From assembly GCA_048938895.1 (NCBI GenBank), contig JBHLLU010000005.1, forward strand, positions 32,001 to 96,000: 64,000 nt of DNA, given 5' to 3'. This DNA is from Promethearchaeota archaeon. Lineage in GTDB: Archaea > Asgardarchaeota > Lokiarchaeia > Sigyniarchaeales > SOKP01. The stretch's first letter is position 1. Every line of letters starts with the position of its first letter. A program made the translations under genes and the position numbers. Shown one piece after another: positions 9,735 to 19,788 of the stretch. Below the pieces are notes generated by a model. That model had not been told where the DNA came from and ran no database searches. It saw nothing but the letters and a program-made list of their open reading frames with translations.

Positions 9735-11207
9735 ATGGGCGCTTTTCAGTGGTTAATGAAGAAAATTACAAAAGCTTTTGGACGTTCCACTAATGCTTTA
9801 TTTTATACATTGCTTTACAGGGAAATTCTTAAGGAAATTAATGAAATTGCTAAAAATGAAGAAGAATCCCTTATTATTCTTAGAGAAATTGGAAAGAGAT
9901 CTGCTTATGAATCCTGTGAAAGACACTCGAATATTTTCAAATTTATGCCTGGCTCACCAAAAAAAGTTTTAGATTACTTTGAAATCTTGTGGGTTGTTGT
10001 ATTTGGGAGAGAATTAGATGATTATTCCTATGAAGAAATTCCCAAAGAAGATTCAAAATATAACGATTACCTCATAAAAATTAGTAAATGTCCAATATGT
10101 GTAGACTATAGTCAAGATAAAGAAGATACATTTGATTTTAGCAAGATAAAAAAAATGAATACTGAAGGACTGGCTTGTGGATTATGTGGTATGTTGGAAA
10201 CCGTTGCTAACTACATATTGAAAATTAAAAGGAATGATTATCGCATTGAAATAGTGGAGCAAGCTTGTATTGCTAAGGGAGGAGATTGCTTACAATTTAT
10301 ATGTAAAATCCACGATTATAAAGAATGGAAAGAAGTCATGGATTCAAGAATAAATACTTTAAAATCATTAGGGATAAATCTTGGGGGAGATTTAGAAGAG
10401 CAAGAGATTGTTCAAGAAACTAAACTTGATATTATTGATAAACTCCAAGATGTTATATCAATTGATAAATTAGAAGAATATCTTGATGAACCATTAGAAA
10501 CTATAAAGGAAAAAGTTTCTGATATTATAAGAGATAAACTAAGCATGGAACCGGAACATTTTTTCGACTATTTCAGAAATTATGAGGATGATATGATTAA
10601 AATTATTGGTTACTTATCTATTCACCTTTTAAATGAATATGGGGGTTTGTTAGAAAAATCTCTAAAGAACGAGTGGTTCTCGAAAGTTTTTGGTTATATT
10701 TTTAAACAATTTAAGGAGATGACGTTATTATTTATACCTCTTGATGTAATCCGAGATTATAACGAACTACTAGTTAGTTTTCTCGAGGATTTAGCACCAT
10801 CAGAAATGGTTGATAACGTACGACAATTCACAGGAAGAGATACGATTAATTATTTATTTGAAGGTGCGCAGATAGCTCTTGAAAACTTAGGTATTGAATT
10901 TTCTGAATTAAAGGAAAATGTTTGGGAAGAATTAAAGAAAGAAAGAGAAAATGGGTTAATATCTTCTGAAGAATCTACAATAGATAAAACTCGTGAAAGG
11001 GTACCACAAATTATTAGTATTGTCCAGGAACTATTAATGATTATTAATGATATACTCACCTTGCCGATTAGAGTACTAATCTCTGAAACTCATTATGGAC
11101 TAAAAACAGCCATCAATTCTGTTGTTTCTGAAGAAGAAGGTTTATATGGATCTATAAGAGAGCGATTTGATCATATTTTTGACCAAATTGAAGAAATAAG
11201 AAAGTAG
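9735..11207 (+). CDS. V4R-domain protein with long helical acidic C-terminal region
   Basis: LREIGKRSA, KCPIC, ACGLCGMLE and EQACIAKGGDCLQF are V4R hallmarks; the remaining ~290 aa look helical. Starts 2 nt after the upstream V4R gene. Confidence 0.7.
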   Translation: MGAFQWLMKKITKAFGRSTNALFYTLLYREILKEINEIAKNEEESLIILREIGKRSAYESCERHSNIFKFMPGSPKKVLDYFEILWVVVFGRELDDYSYEEIPKEDSKYNDYLIKISKCPICVDYSQDKEDTFDFSKIKKMNTEGLACGLCGMLETVANYILKIKRNDYRIEIVEQACIAKGGDCLQFICKIHDYKEWKEVMDSRINTLKSLGINLGGDLEEQEIVQETKLDIIDKLQDVISIDKLEEYLDEPLETIKEKVSDIIRDKLSMEPEHFFDYFRNYEDDMIKIIGYLSIHLLNEYGGLLEKSLKNEWFSKVFGYIFKQFKEMTLLFIPLDVIRDYNELLVSFLEDLAPSEMVDNVRQFTGRDTINYLFEGAQIALENLGIEFSELKENVWEELKKERENGLISSEESTIDKTRERVPQIISIVQELLMIINDILTLPIRVLISETHYGLKTAINSVVSEEEGLYGSIRERFDHIFDQIEEIRK

Positions 11208-11213
11208 ATTTTT

Positions 11214-12635
11214 TTAATTTTTTTTCAGTCTTTCAATATGAAAAGCATACATCTGGTCTATCATATATTGCCAGAAAAATCTTTCTCTTAAGACATCATA
11301 ATGGGATTTTCCTTTTAAACTCGTTAATTTAGCTATATCTTCTGATTTAATTTTACCATCTGCCACTAAATCCATGCGAGTAATGAACTGATCTTTAAGT
11401 TTAATATCTCTTAAAATAAGAGATATGGCTTTTGAAATCTTTTTAATTATCTCTGAAACTTCAGGATGATCTTTTTGTCGAAACTCATCAATCTCATCTA
11501 AAATTATTTTTACTCTTTCTAAAATTAAATTCCTATCATAATAATCAATTTTCTTTTGTGGATTCAGAGTGTCAGACAAATAATCAATAATTTTCTTAAC
11601 AACTTCATCTCTAATGTTAAAATTTGACAATTCATTCTGTAATTTGATTAAAAATTTCCTTTTTAAAAATTGCTTAAATTTAATAACTATAGCTTCAGTT
11701 TCTTTTTGATCAGAACATATTTCAATAATTTCTCCTTTAGGGGTAGAATATGTGAAACCCAATCCTTGCGGACCTAAGCCTCCAATAAGAACCATTGAGA
11801 TACTGTAAAATTTGTATTCTTTTTTACTAAATATTTTATCTTTATTCATCAAAATATTTTTTATCGCAACAAAATGAATTTTCCTCTCTATATATAGACG
11901 ATCCTCTTCTAAATCATAGAAACGGTATTGATATGGGATCTCAAAGGTCAAATATTTATTTTCCTTGTCAAAAGATTTTAAACGATCTTTATCACCTTTT
12001 ATCTTTTCAAAAATCTTAATAAACTGTCTTGTAGAGCTTAATTTTCTAACACTTAAACCATAAATAGTGTACTGGTTGAAAAAACGAGTCTTGATATTGT
12101 ACATTAGATTGTCTAAATCAGAGAAATATTCGTTTGGAACCTTTTTGAGGTAATTATAAATAATACGTGGAAATTTTAAGTATACATAATAAATAAACGA
12201 GTCTGAGATCTTACCAAATAAATCATTTAAGTTCTCTAAAAATAGATTATCATTTTTAATTAAATTAACTCTATGTAATTCTTCTTTTGAGAGTGTATTT
12301 TCTAATAAACCAAATTCTTTACACTCTCTTAAAATATCTATTTGATCTCCTAAAGCAGATATTTGAAATTTATCAATTATTCTTTTAGTACAGTTTAAAA
12401 GCAATTCAGAAATAGATTCCATTCTTTCAGGAATTTTATTGACATCTATGAATATATCTAAATCAACTGAGGCATTGAATAAATCCTTGAAACTACTGAA
12501 ATCACCTATTTTAAGAGTTCTTGCTAATGCTTGATAGTAATATTTTTCAATAGAATCTTTATCGTTTGAAACTGAAATGCTTACTTTGAGTTGCTTTAAA
12601 AATTCGTCTGAATGCTTCATAAAACTATTATTCAA
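11214..12635 (-). CDS. Hypothetical protein
   Basis: 473-aa ORF co-oriented with and 13 nt downstream of the roadblock gene; Gly-rich segment IGGLGPQGLGFTYSTPKGE. Family not recognised. Confidence 0.75.
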   Translation of the reverse strand: MNNSFMKHSDEFLKQLKVSISVSNDKDSIEKYYYQALARTLKIGDFSSFKDLFNASVDLDIFIDVNKIPERMESISELLLNCTKRIIDKFQISALGDQIDILRECKEFGLLENTLSKEELHRVNLIKNDNLFLENLNDLFGKISDSFIYYVYLKFPRIIYNYLKKVPNEYFSDLDNLMYNIKTRFFNQYTIYGLSVRKLSSTRQFIKIFEKIKGDKDRLKSFDKENKYLTFEIPYQYRFYDLEEDRLYIERKIHFVAIKNILMNKDKIFSKKEYKFYSISMVLIGGLGPQGLGFTYSTPKGEIIEICSDQKETEAIVIKFKQFLKRKFLIKLQNELSNFNIRDEVVKKIIDYLSDTLNPQKKIDYYDRNLILERVKIILDEIDEFRQKDHPEVSEIIKKISKAISLILRDIKLKDQFITRMDLVADGKIKSEDIAKLTSLKGKSHYDVLRERFFWQYMIDQMYAFHIERLKKN

Positions 12636-12648
12636 ATTAAAAAAACTC

Positions 12649-13020
12649 TTAATCTAATAGAGCAGCAATCTTTTGAGAAACACTCTGTATATTTAGAAAC
12701 ACCATCCCAAGAGAGGCATCAGCTTTGCATAGAGTGCATAATATAGCATTTTCTCCGCTTTTTGATAAGATAATGATCCCTTCAACACCTTCTATAAGTA
12801 TACGTTTTAAGTCCCCCCTTGCAAGTTCTTCTACAGCACGCTCAGATACACTTAGGATTGCAGCGCTCATAGCACTCACGATACCATCGTTTACATCTCT
12901 TGCAAGAGCAGAACATATTGGAAGGCCTTGTACACTCACGATCGCTGAACCTTGGATGTCGGGGTTAACTGCTTCCATCTGTCTTAAAAGATCAGTGAGT
13001 TCAGCGATATTTTCACTCAA
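12649..13020 (-). CDS. Roadblock/LC7 (MglB/LAMTOR-like) domain protein
   Basis: DIQGSAIVSVQGLPICS, VSAMSAAILSVSERAVEEL and ASLGMVFL are the classic roadblock signature. Confidence 0.93.
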   Translation of the reverse strand: MSENIAELTDLLRQMEAVNPDIQGSAIVSVQGLPICSALARDVNDGIVSAMSAAILSVSERAVEELARGDLKRILIEGVEGIIILSKSGENAILCTLCKADASLGMVFLNIQSVSQKIAALLD

Positions 13021-13178
13021 AAATTAATCAACTTGAATAAATAAGTGTTAATATTCTAATAATAAAATTATATTATAAAATTATTTTTATTTTTGATTTA
13101 ATTTTAATGTTAACTTTAATATTAAAGTTAATAATTATTTAAAAAATATTTTTATCGAAATCCACATTAGTTATTTCA

Positions 13179-14153
13179 ATGACTGAGAATCAAAATTCAA
13201 ATAGTAAACCTAAAGAAGAAAAAAGTAAAGAAGAATTTGATAAAGAAGAAGAGAGAATTAAAATAGAATCTCTTAGAAAAGCGGGAGAAATAGCAAAGGA
13301 AGTTAAGAAAGAAGTTAAACCAAAAATCAAGGTAGGAACAAGTGCGTTAGATATAATTAATATGGTTGAAGGTAAAATTGAAGATTTAGGTGGTATATGT
13401 GCATTTCCGGTAAATTTATGTATAAATAATATTGCTGCACATTATACATCGCCCCTAAAGGACGATGGGTTAATTATTAGTGAGAGTGATTTAGTTAAAA
13501 TCGATTTGGGAGTACATATTGAAGGATATATTGTCGATACAGCCTTCACAGTTAATTTTAATGAGGACGAATCACTTGAAAATATAATCCAGGCTACAGA
13601 GGTTGCTCTTGATGCAGCAAAAATGATGGTAAAACCCAAAGTAAATACGAAAGATTTAGGAAAGAAAATTGAAGATATCGTAAGAGGTTTCAAATTCAGT
13701 CCGATTAAAGAACTCGGTGGTCATCAAATAGAAAGATGGACTGTTCACGGGAAAAAACAACTGCCTGAATTAGGATCTCAAGGGGGAGATATAATGGAAG
13801 AGGGTGAAGTATTCTCTATAGAAATTTTCGCTAGCACAGGTGAAGGCTCAGTCCATAATACCCAATATTCACATATTTATGAGCTGAATCCATACTCTGG
13901 TAGAGTTCCATTACGGAGAAAAGCCTCGAAACAACTATTAGGTTATGTGAATAAAAATTATAAAACATTACCTTTTGCTGAAAGATGGTTAGCTAAAGAA
14001 TTTAGAATGGGTGTAGCGTTTGGGATACATGAATTAGTCCAGCAAGGAAAATTGCAAGCTCATTTTGTCTTAGCAGAAAAAAAAGGTGTCTATGTGGCTC
14101 AATCTGAGGAAACTATTTTAGTCACAGAAAGTGGATGTGAACAGTTAACCTAA
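13179..14153 (+). CDS. map: Methionine aminopeptidase type II
   Basis: AFPVNL..NNIAAHY, KIDLGVHIEGYIVDTAFT, GHQI, EIFAS and AQSEET metal ligands with the type II insertion. Confidence 0.96.
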   Translation: MTENQNSNSKPKEEKSKEEFDKEEERIKIESLRKAGEIAKEVKKEVKPKIKVGTSALDIINMVEGKIEDLGGICAFPVNLCINNIAAHYTSPLKDDGLIISESDLVKIDLGVHIEGYIVDTAFTVNFNEDESLENIIQATEVALDAAKMMVKPKVNTKDLGKKIEDIVRGFKFSPIKELGGHQIERWTVHGKKQLPELGSQGGDIMEEGEVFSIEIFASTGEGSVHNTQYSHIYELNPYSGRVPLRRKASKQLLGYVNKNYKTLPFAERWLAKEFRMGVAFGIHELVQQGKLQAHFVLAEKKGVYVAQSEETILVTESGCEQLT

Positions 14154-14194
14154 ATCTAAAATTACTCAAAGCAGATCTTATAGTTGTATTTATT

Positions 14195-15301
14195 ATGGAT
14201 AAGTTAAATATATGTCTTGTTTCTTTAACGATCGCACCAGATAGTCAAGATGGTGCAGGAAAAAGCTTCAGAGGGATTTTTGACTATCTTAGAAAACAAG
14301 GACATAATGTGAAATTGATTACTGGCAAATGGAATACCGATTTAAATGATCCCGATATTATTCAATTAGATCTTATACCAAAACGGTTTCTTTGGGCACC
14401 TCAATTTATGTTAAAGGCAATAAAATACTTGTATTCTCATAAATTTGACATTTTTCATGGAAACGCACCTAAAGGAACGTTACCTATAATTTTATCCAAT
14501 AAAAAAAAATTTCTAACCACAATACATGATATGGGACCATTTGAAACAAGTTTTACTAAAATCCCTATTGAAAAGTATTTAATAAAGCTTACCGTGCAAA
14601 AAGCAACAGTTATAACCACCGTTTCAAATTTTATTAAAAAGGAAATTAAATATTTTGTACCAAAAGTAGATAATAATAGGATTTTTGTTCATTATAATGG
14701 TATAGAAGAAAACTTCAAACCATATCCAAAAGAAGCCGACAGACTGAAAAAGAAGTTAAAGTTGGATGGGCCAATAATTCTATATATTGGTAGAATAGCC
14801 TTTTACAAAGGTGTTGAAGATATAATTAAAGCCTATAAAATTGCGAAAAAAAAGATTTCTGACCTTACCTTGGTCATAGGGGGAAAGCCTGATTTTCAAA
14901 TGGAAAAAAAATATGATGAATGGAAAAAAACACATAAAGACATTCATTTCATTGGCTTTGTAGAGGAACAGGAATTACCTTATTATTATTCTATGGCCGA
15001 TGTTTTTATTACCTATTCATACGCATCGGAAGGTTTTGGCTTAACTCCAATCGAAGCAATTGCCTGCGGGACTCCCGTAATTTGCTCTACAATGGTAGCT
15101 TATAAAGAAATTTTACATGAGAATGCGATATTTGTTCCCCCCAGAAGTCCCCAAAAACTTGCGTTAGAAATTATTAATTTATTAAGAGATGAGTTAAAAT
15201 ACAAAGCTTTACAAGAAAATGCTCGCACTTTTATTAAAAGATATACTTGGGATTCAGTAGGAAAGAAACTTGAACATGCTTATTCAAGACTATTGGAATA
15301 A
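14195..15301 (+). CDS. Glycosyltransferase family 4
   Basis: TTIHD, YIGRIAFYKG and EGFGLTPIEAIACGTPVI (GT-B ExFG motif). Confidence 0.93.
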   Translation: MDKLNICLVSLTIAPDSQDGAGKSFRGIFDYLRKQGHNVKLITGKWNTDLNDPDIIQLDLIPKRFLWAPQFMLKAIKYLYSHKFDIFHGNAPKGTLPIILSNKKKFLTTIHDMGPFETSFTKIPIEKYLIKLTVQKATVITTVSNFIKKEIKYFVPKVDNNRIFVHYNGIEENFKPYPKEADRLKKKLKLDGPIILYIGRIAFYKGVEDIIKAYKIAKKKISDLTLVIGGKPDFQMEKKYDEWKKTHKDIHFIGFVEEQELPYYYSMADVFITYSYASEGFGLTPIEAIACGTPVICSTMVAYKEILHENAIFVPPRSPQKLALEIINLLRDELKYKALQENARTFIKRYTWDSVGKKLEHAYSRLLE

Positions 15302-15331
15302 ACTTTTACTATTCATATAATTTGGTATTAT

Positions 15332-16441
15332 CTATTTTGTACTTATCTTTCTTTTAATAAATTCAAAGCAAATTTCTATTGGATTTTCATATTGTTTAAT
15401 TCTATCTTTAAATGAGTCTATATTGAACCTTCCTGGAAGGGGTCCCTGCTTTAGTATTTCTTTTGCCCTTTTAATTATTTCATCAGGTGCTCTAATATGT
15501 TCTAAAGGGAAACCATTCTTAATTAAAAATATTTCTTGAGGTGCTGAATCACCAGGAAAAAATTCAATACTTGGAACATTTAAAAGACTTGATTCCCTCA
15601 CAATTGTTCCACCCCCACTTATAATTAAAGCACCATAGAAGCATAAATCCACAATATTCGGTAAATATTGAGTTATTATAATATTGTCACCCTTTTTTAA
15701 TTCTTTTAATTTTCTAAAAAGGAATTTTTCTTGTTTTGATGATCGAACTAACAGAAGATATTTATGATTTGGGAATTCCTTATATATAGCTGGAAGAAAT
15801 TTACTTATTAGTGTCTTATCAGGCTTTAATTTATTAATGAAATAACTAGCATAAGCAGGTTCGCTCCTAATTAAAACATAATTACCTTTTTTTAGATTGA
15901 ATTTATCAAGGATTTTTGGATTAGGAGTATAATCTGAAAGCCACGCGATTTCATCTAATCCATTATATCTAATAATTTTACTTGGATCAGCATGGAGTTT
16001 AATATAATTTTCAATGGGTATACATTCAGGAGTTATAATGTTATCTAAGAAAGGATGAAGTAATTTACAAACAGGTTCATTACGGGGTTCATCATTCATC
16101 CCAATTGAGGGGATTTGTAAACCATATGCGATTCTAGTACCTTCAATTGATAAAAACGTAATGAAGTAATCAGGAGAAAATTCTGTAACTAAAGGAAAAA
16201 GATCCTTTAGTCTATTAATGTATGTTTCTAATTTATCTTCCAATCTTTCCCCACCATGTTTCCCCACCCTCCTATAGTTAGTTTCGTTATCATCTAAAAT
16301 CTGATAGGTAGAGTCATAATCTCTAGCAGTCACTAAAAGTTCTGCACCCGCATTCTCAAATCTCTTTATTAAAGACTGAAACATTATAGCTGTTTTAGGT
16401 TGCTCAATATCAATCCATAGTTTCTTATTTTTAAGGGACAT
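15332..16441 (-). CDS. DUF354 family GT-B fold protein
   Basis: LWIDI..PK, VTARDY, VGKHG and ISGGGTIVRESSLLNVPSI. Confidence 0.8.
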   Translation of the reverse strand: MSLKNKKLWIDIEQPKTAIMFQSLIKRFENAGAELLVTARDYDSTYQILDDNETNYRRVGKHGGERLEDKLETYINRLKDLFPLVTEFSPDYFITFLSIEGTRIAYGLQIPSIGMNDEPRNEPVCKLLHPFLDNIITPECIPIENYIKLHADPSKIIRYNGLDEIAWLSDYTPNPKILDKFNLKKGNYVLIRSEPAYASYFINKLKPDKTLISKFLPAIYKEFPNHKYLLLVRSSKQEKFLFRKLKELKKGDNIIITQYLPNIVDLCFYGALIISGGGTIVRESSLLNVPSIEFFPGDSAPQEIFLIKNGFPLEHIRAPDEIIKRAKEILKQGPLPGRFNIDSFKDRIKQYENPIEICFEFIKRKISTK

Positions 16442-16555
16442 TTTGAAACCAGAAGAAATTTCAGAATTAGTTCAATATGATTATTTAAATTTGTAAAATA
16501 TTGAGGACTTAAAGGATTTTCTAAAATTTTTGATATTATTATCAATAAGAGAGTT

Positions 16556-16855
16556 TCAAATATTTTCACCACAGATACAAGGATTTGAATTACACTTGAT
16601 ACATTTATATGGATATTTTCTTAATATCGCTGATTCGAGATCTATATCTAATAAATTTGCTAAAGATGTAGTCCAGGCTATAATATCTGCTAATTCTTCT
16701 GACGCTCTTTCTTCATCAATTTCTTGAGTCTTTAAAACATTTGCTAACTCCCCAATTTCTTCTATTAGCCAGATAAAAGTACGACTTTTTCCTCTTTTCT
16801 GATCTTGTTTGATGTAAAGATCTTTAATTAATTTCTGAAAATCTGAAATTTTCAT
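16556..16855 (-). CDS. MazG-like nucleotide pyrophosphohydrolase with C-terminal Cys motif
   Basis: WLIEEIGELA, EELADIIAW and KYPYKCIKCNSNPCIC. Confidence 0.9.
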   Translation of the reverse strand: MKISDFQKLIKDLYIKQDQKRGKSRTFIWLIEEIGELANVLKTQEIDEERASEELADIIAWTTSLANLLDIDLESAILRKYPYKCIKCNSNPCICGENI

Positions 16856-16901
16856 GTAAAACTAAAATGGGTATTTAATTAATAATTATTACTCTTGGTT
16901 A

Positions 16902-17123
16902 TTATCCTCCTCCTGGAGTAAATAACCAGTTAAAAATCCCAACATGTGCTAAAATTACTAATATTATTAGAGTAACCGCTAATATCATTGTACTTACTGG
17001 CCCAACCTTAATCCCTATTGAACTATCTTCAAAAAATCTCATTAATCCTGCACCCCCCATAGGCATAGGAGCGCTTCCACTTCTTCTTTTTTTCCGTCGT
17101 GATTGAGTGCTTCTTGTTGACAT
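16902..17123 (-). CDS. secG: Protein translocase subunit Sec61beta
   Basis: Basic N-terminus, GAGLMRFFED..GIKVGP motif and a single C-terminal TM helix ending in H. Confidence 0.93.
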   Translation of the reverse strand: MSTRSTQSRRKKRRSGSAPMPMGGAGLMRFFEDSSIGIKVGPVSTMILAVTLIILVILAHVGIFNWLFTPGGG

Positions 17124-17274
17124 AATATAAAAAATCTAAATTATTTTGATATTGTTGTGTAATAATAAGTCAAAAAATTTAAAATTTTATCTAAAAGTTT
17201 TAAAAAAATATTATAATAAATCTTTATAAAAGCAATTCATTATTTTAGATAATTTTACGAAGATTTTATATATT

Positions 17275-19119
17275 ATGCTAAAAAAAACTAAAGCTTTCAT
17301 AGCTTTCTCAATTTGTGTAGTAATCTTTTTTAATTTCATTTTTCTTCCTAATTATTCTGATTCGAATCAAAGTATAAATGATAATTTTCAATATCCAGAA
17401 AATTCAGCAAATCTGGAAGGTATAGATAATATAATTGTAACAAATGTAGAAAGACTTGCTAATATAAGCGGATATGGAGTAGTAAGCTTTACAGATTATA
17501 TTTCCATTAAAAATCTTAATAGTAATCCAATCACTTCAATGTTTATTGCAATACCGCTAAATTACTCAGAATTATTGATATATTATGAAGCAAAGGGAAG
17601 TGATGCTAACTCTTTACTCACAGAACGTACTCATCTAATAATGAATGGATTTGAAATGATAACAGTCTATTTTGAATCACCTCTTTTACCATATCAAACG
17701 AAAAAAATACTTTTTATACAGCAATTCAAAGATCTCTTGAAATATTATACACTTAACGAGCATCAGTTCATTGATTATAATGGATATGTTTTTCCTCTTT
17801 TACCATATAGATCTGAGAGAAAAATGGATGCCCAATTTCATCTACCGCTAAGAGCACAAAATATTGAAGGAGGATGGGGTTTTGAACAACCTGATCTATA
17901 CTTCGTCAAGTATGATTTAGCCTATATTAAAGACTCTGTTGAGGGACCTTACATTGAGCCTTTCTTGGAAAATTTAGATGAATTTAAGAGAATTACAGTG
18001 TCTTTTTATCAAGATGATGTTACTTTATTAGAATTTGAAGAAATCGATAGACAGATTTTTATATCTCCTTGGGGTGTGATCAAGGTGACGGAAGAGTATA
18101 TCATTACTAACTATGGTGTAACATCGAATCAATACATTTTTTTAAACCTTCCTAAATCCGCAAGAGATGCATATGTTTCTGATGATATTGGTGAAATATT
18201 AGGGATTAGAATTCTTAAAAAAAGTAATCATAAGGAACTAAGAATTAATTTATTAGAAAATCGTGTAAGATTAATACCAAATTCATCATTTCGGTTTAAA
18301 ATAAGATATTATTTGCCTTTTGAGAAACACTATTCATTAAATTGGCTTCAAGAGTCAATTGAAATTGATCTCTATACCTCAACCTTCGAATATGCTGGGA
18401 AACAATTAACTATTAAATTAATTATTGATGGATGTTATAGTGTAGATCATATTACTTCATCTCCTGAATCAGTAAAAAAATCACATGGGAGAATGAGTTT
18501 AATTTTTACATCAGACTCTGTTGCCTCCTTAGAAGCCAAGATTATTCAGTTTACTTTTACGATCGATTTTTTTGATCTACTATTAAATCCCATCATTTAT
18601 ATTTTAATAATTGCCTCAATTGCATCTATTTATGTATTTATAATTAAAACGAGAAAGAAAGAATCTGGTACCCAAATATTAAAAAGAGAATTCATACCTG
18701 TAAACGAAATTCGGGAATTTTGCGCTTTATATGAAGAAAAAAATGCATTAATTTTAGAATTAAGGCAAGCTGAAGAGGATGCAAAAAGAAGGAAAATTGC
18801 AAAAAAGAATTATAAAAGCATTTTAAATAAAAATACAGCGAAAGTTGATGAAATCCAAAAAGAAATCGCACCTTTCAAAAAAATATTAATGGAAACAAGT
18901 GAGACTTTTGAAAATATTGTGAAAAGACTAGACGTACTTGAAGCGGAGAGAATCAGTATTAATGACAGTTTAAACCTATTAGAATCTAGATATAAAAGAG
19001 GTAGATTACCTTCTAGAGCTGCATATATGAAATTATCAGATGATTTCTTGAAAAGAAGGAAAAAAATCGACAGGACCATTGATAGATTTTTACAGCAATT
19101 AAGAAGTTACCTTCTTTGA
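17275..19119 (+). CDS. Ribophorin I (Ost1/RPN1)-like oligosaccharyltransferase subunit
   Basis: Signal peptide; two lumenal beta repeats (ERLANISGYGVV and RQIFISPWGVIKVTEEY, cf. RPN1 IEVSHWGN); YVSDDIGEI (cf. YYRDEIGNI); one TM; ~155-aa helical cytosolic tail. Confidence 0.75.
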   Translation: MLKKTKAFIAFSICVVIFFNFIFLPNYSDSNQSINDNFQYPENSANLEGIDNIIVTNVERLANISGYGVVSFTDYISIKNLNSNPITSMFIAIPLNYSELLIYYEAKGSDANSLLTERTHLIMNGFEMITVYFESPLLPYQTKKILFIQQFKDLLKYYTLNEHQFIDYNGYVFPLLPYRSERKMDAQFHLPLRAQNIEGGWGFEQPDLYFVKYDLAYIKDSVEGPYIEPFLENLDEFKRITVSFYQDDVTLLEFEEIDRQIFISPWGVIKVTEEYIITNYGVTSNQYIFLNLPKSARDAYVSDDIGEILGIRILKKSNHKELRINLLENRVRLIPNSSFRFKIRYYLPFEKHYSLNWLQESIEIDLYTSTFEYAGKQLTIKLIIDGCYSVDHITSSPESVKKSHGRMSLIFTSDSVASLEAKIIQFTFTIDFFDLLLNPIIYILIIASIASIYVFIIKTRKKESGTQILKREFIPVNEIREFCALYEEKNALILELRQAEEDAKRRKIAKKNYKSILNKNTAKVDEIQKEIAPFKKILMETSETFENIVKRLDVLEAERISINDSLNLLESRYKRGRLPSRAAYMKLSDDFLKRRKKIDRTIDRFLQQLRSYLL

Positions 19120-19138
19120 ATTTAATTTCTAGATATGT

Positions 19139-19771
19139 GTGAAATTTATGAAACCTTGGTTGTTTGACATTTTAGCATGTCCTATTGATAAACATTTTCC
19201 ATTGAAATTGTACATTTTTTCATTTGAAACCGATTCAAACGAATTCAATTCTTTTTTAGATATTTTGGAAAAGAGAGACCTTGACTTCATCAAAAAAGAG
19301 GAAATTGTAAAAATTTATCAAAAAAATGATATCTTTTTCCTTAAAGATAACATTGTAATTGAAAAAACAGAACTTAAGAAGTATGTCGATCTGATAATTT
19401 CAAGTATTAACGAGTTAGATAATATCTATAATAGAAGTTCTTCAAAGGAAAGCAAGAAATGTTTTGAAATTATTGCCGCGCAAATAAAGCCAAAGATCTC
19501 AAATTTCAGAGATTTTCTTGATCCAAATAAATTAGATAATATACTTCCTGAGTTAAATTTCTTGAATAAATTTAAATTAGATACTGAAATTGATAGGGGT
19601 CTACTCTTCTGTACAAAATGTAACCGATGGTACCCCATAATTGAAACAATTCCCCAAATGCTACCAGATGAATATAGAGATGAGACAAAGGATATCGAAT
19701 TCCTTAAAACCATTAAAAATTTAATTGATGAAGAATTTTTTAATAAAGATTTAAAACCTTTCAATCTTTAA
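19139..19771 (+). CDS. trm112: Trm112 family methyltransferase activator with long internal insertion
   Basis: MKPWLFDILACPIDKHFPL at the N-terminus and GLLFCTKCNRWYPIIETIPQML at the C-terminus; the real start is probably ATG 19148. Confidence 0.85.
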   Translation: MKFMKPWLFDILACPIDKHFPLKLYIFSFETDSNEFNSFLDILEKRDLDFIKKEEIVKIYQKNDIFFLKDNIVIEKTELKKYVDLIISSINELDNIYNRSSSKESKKCFEIIAAQIKPKISNFRDFLDPNKLDNILPELNFLNKFKLDTEIDRGLLFCTKCNRWYPIIETIPQMLPDEYRDETKDIEFLKTIKNLIDEEFFNKDLKPFNL

Positions 19772-19788
19772 AACCTTAATAAAAACAC

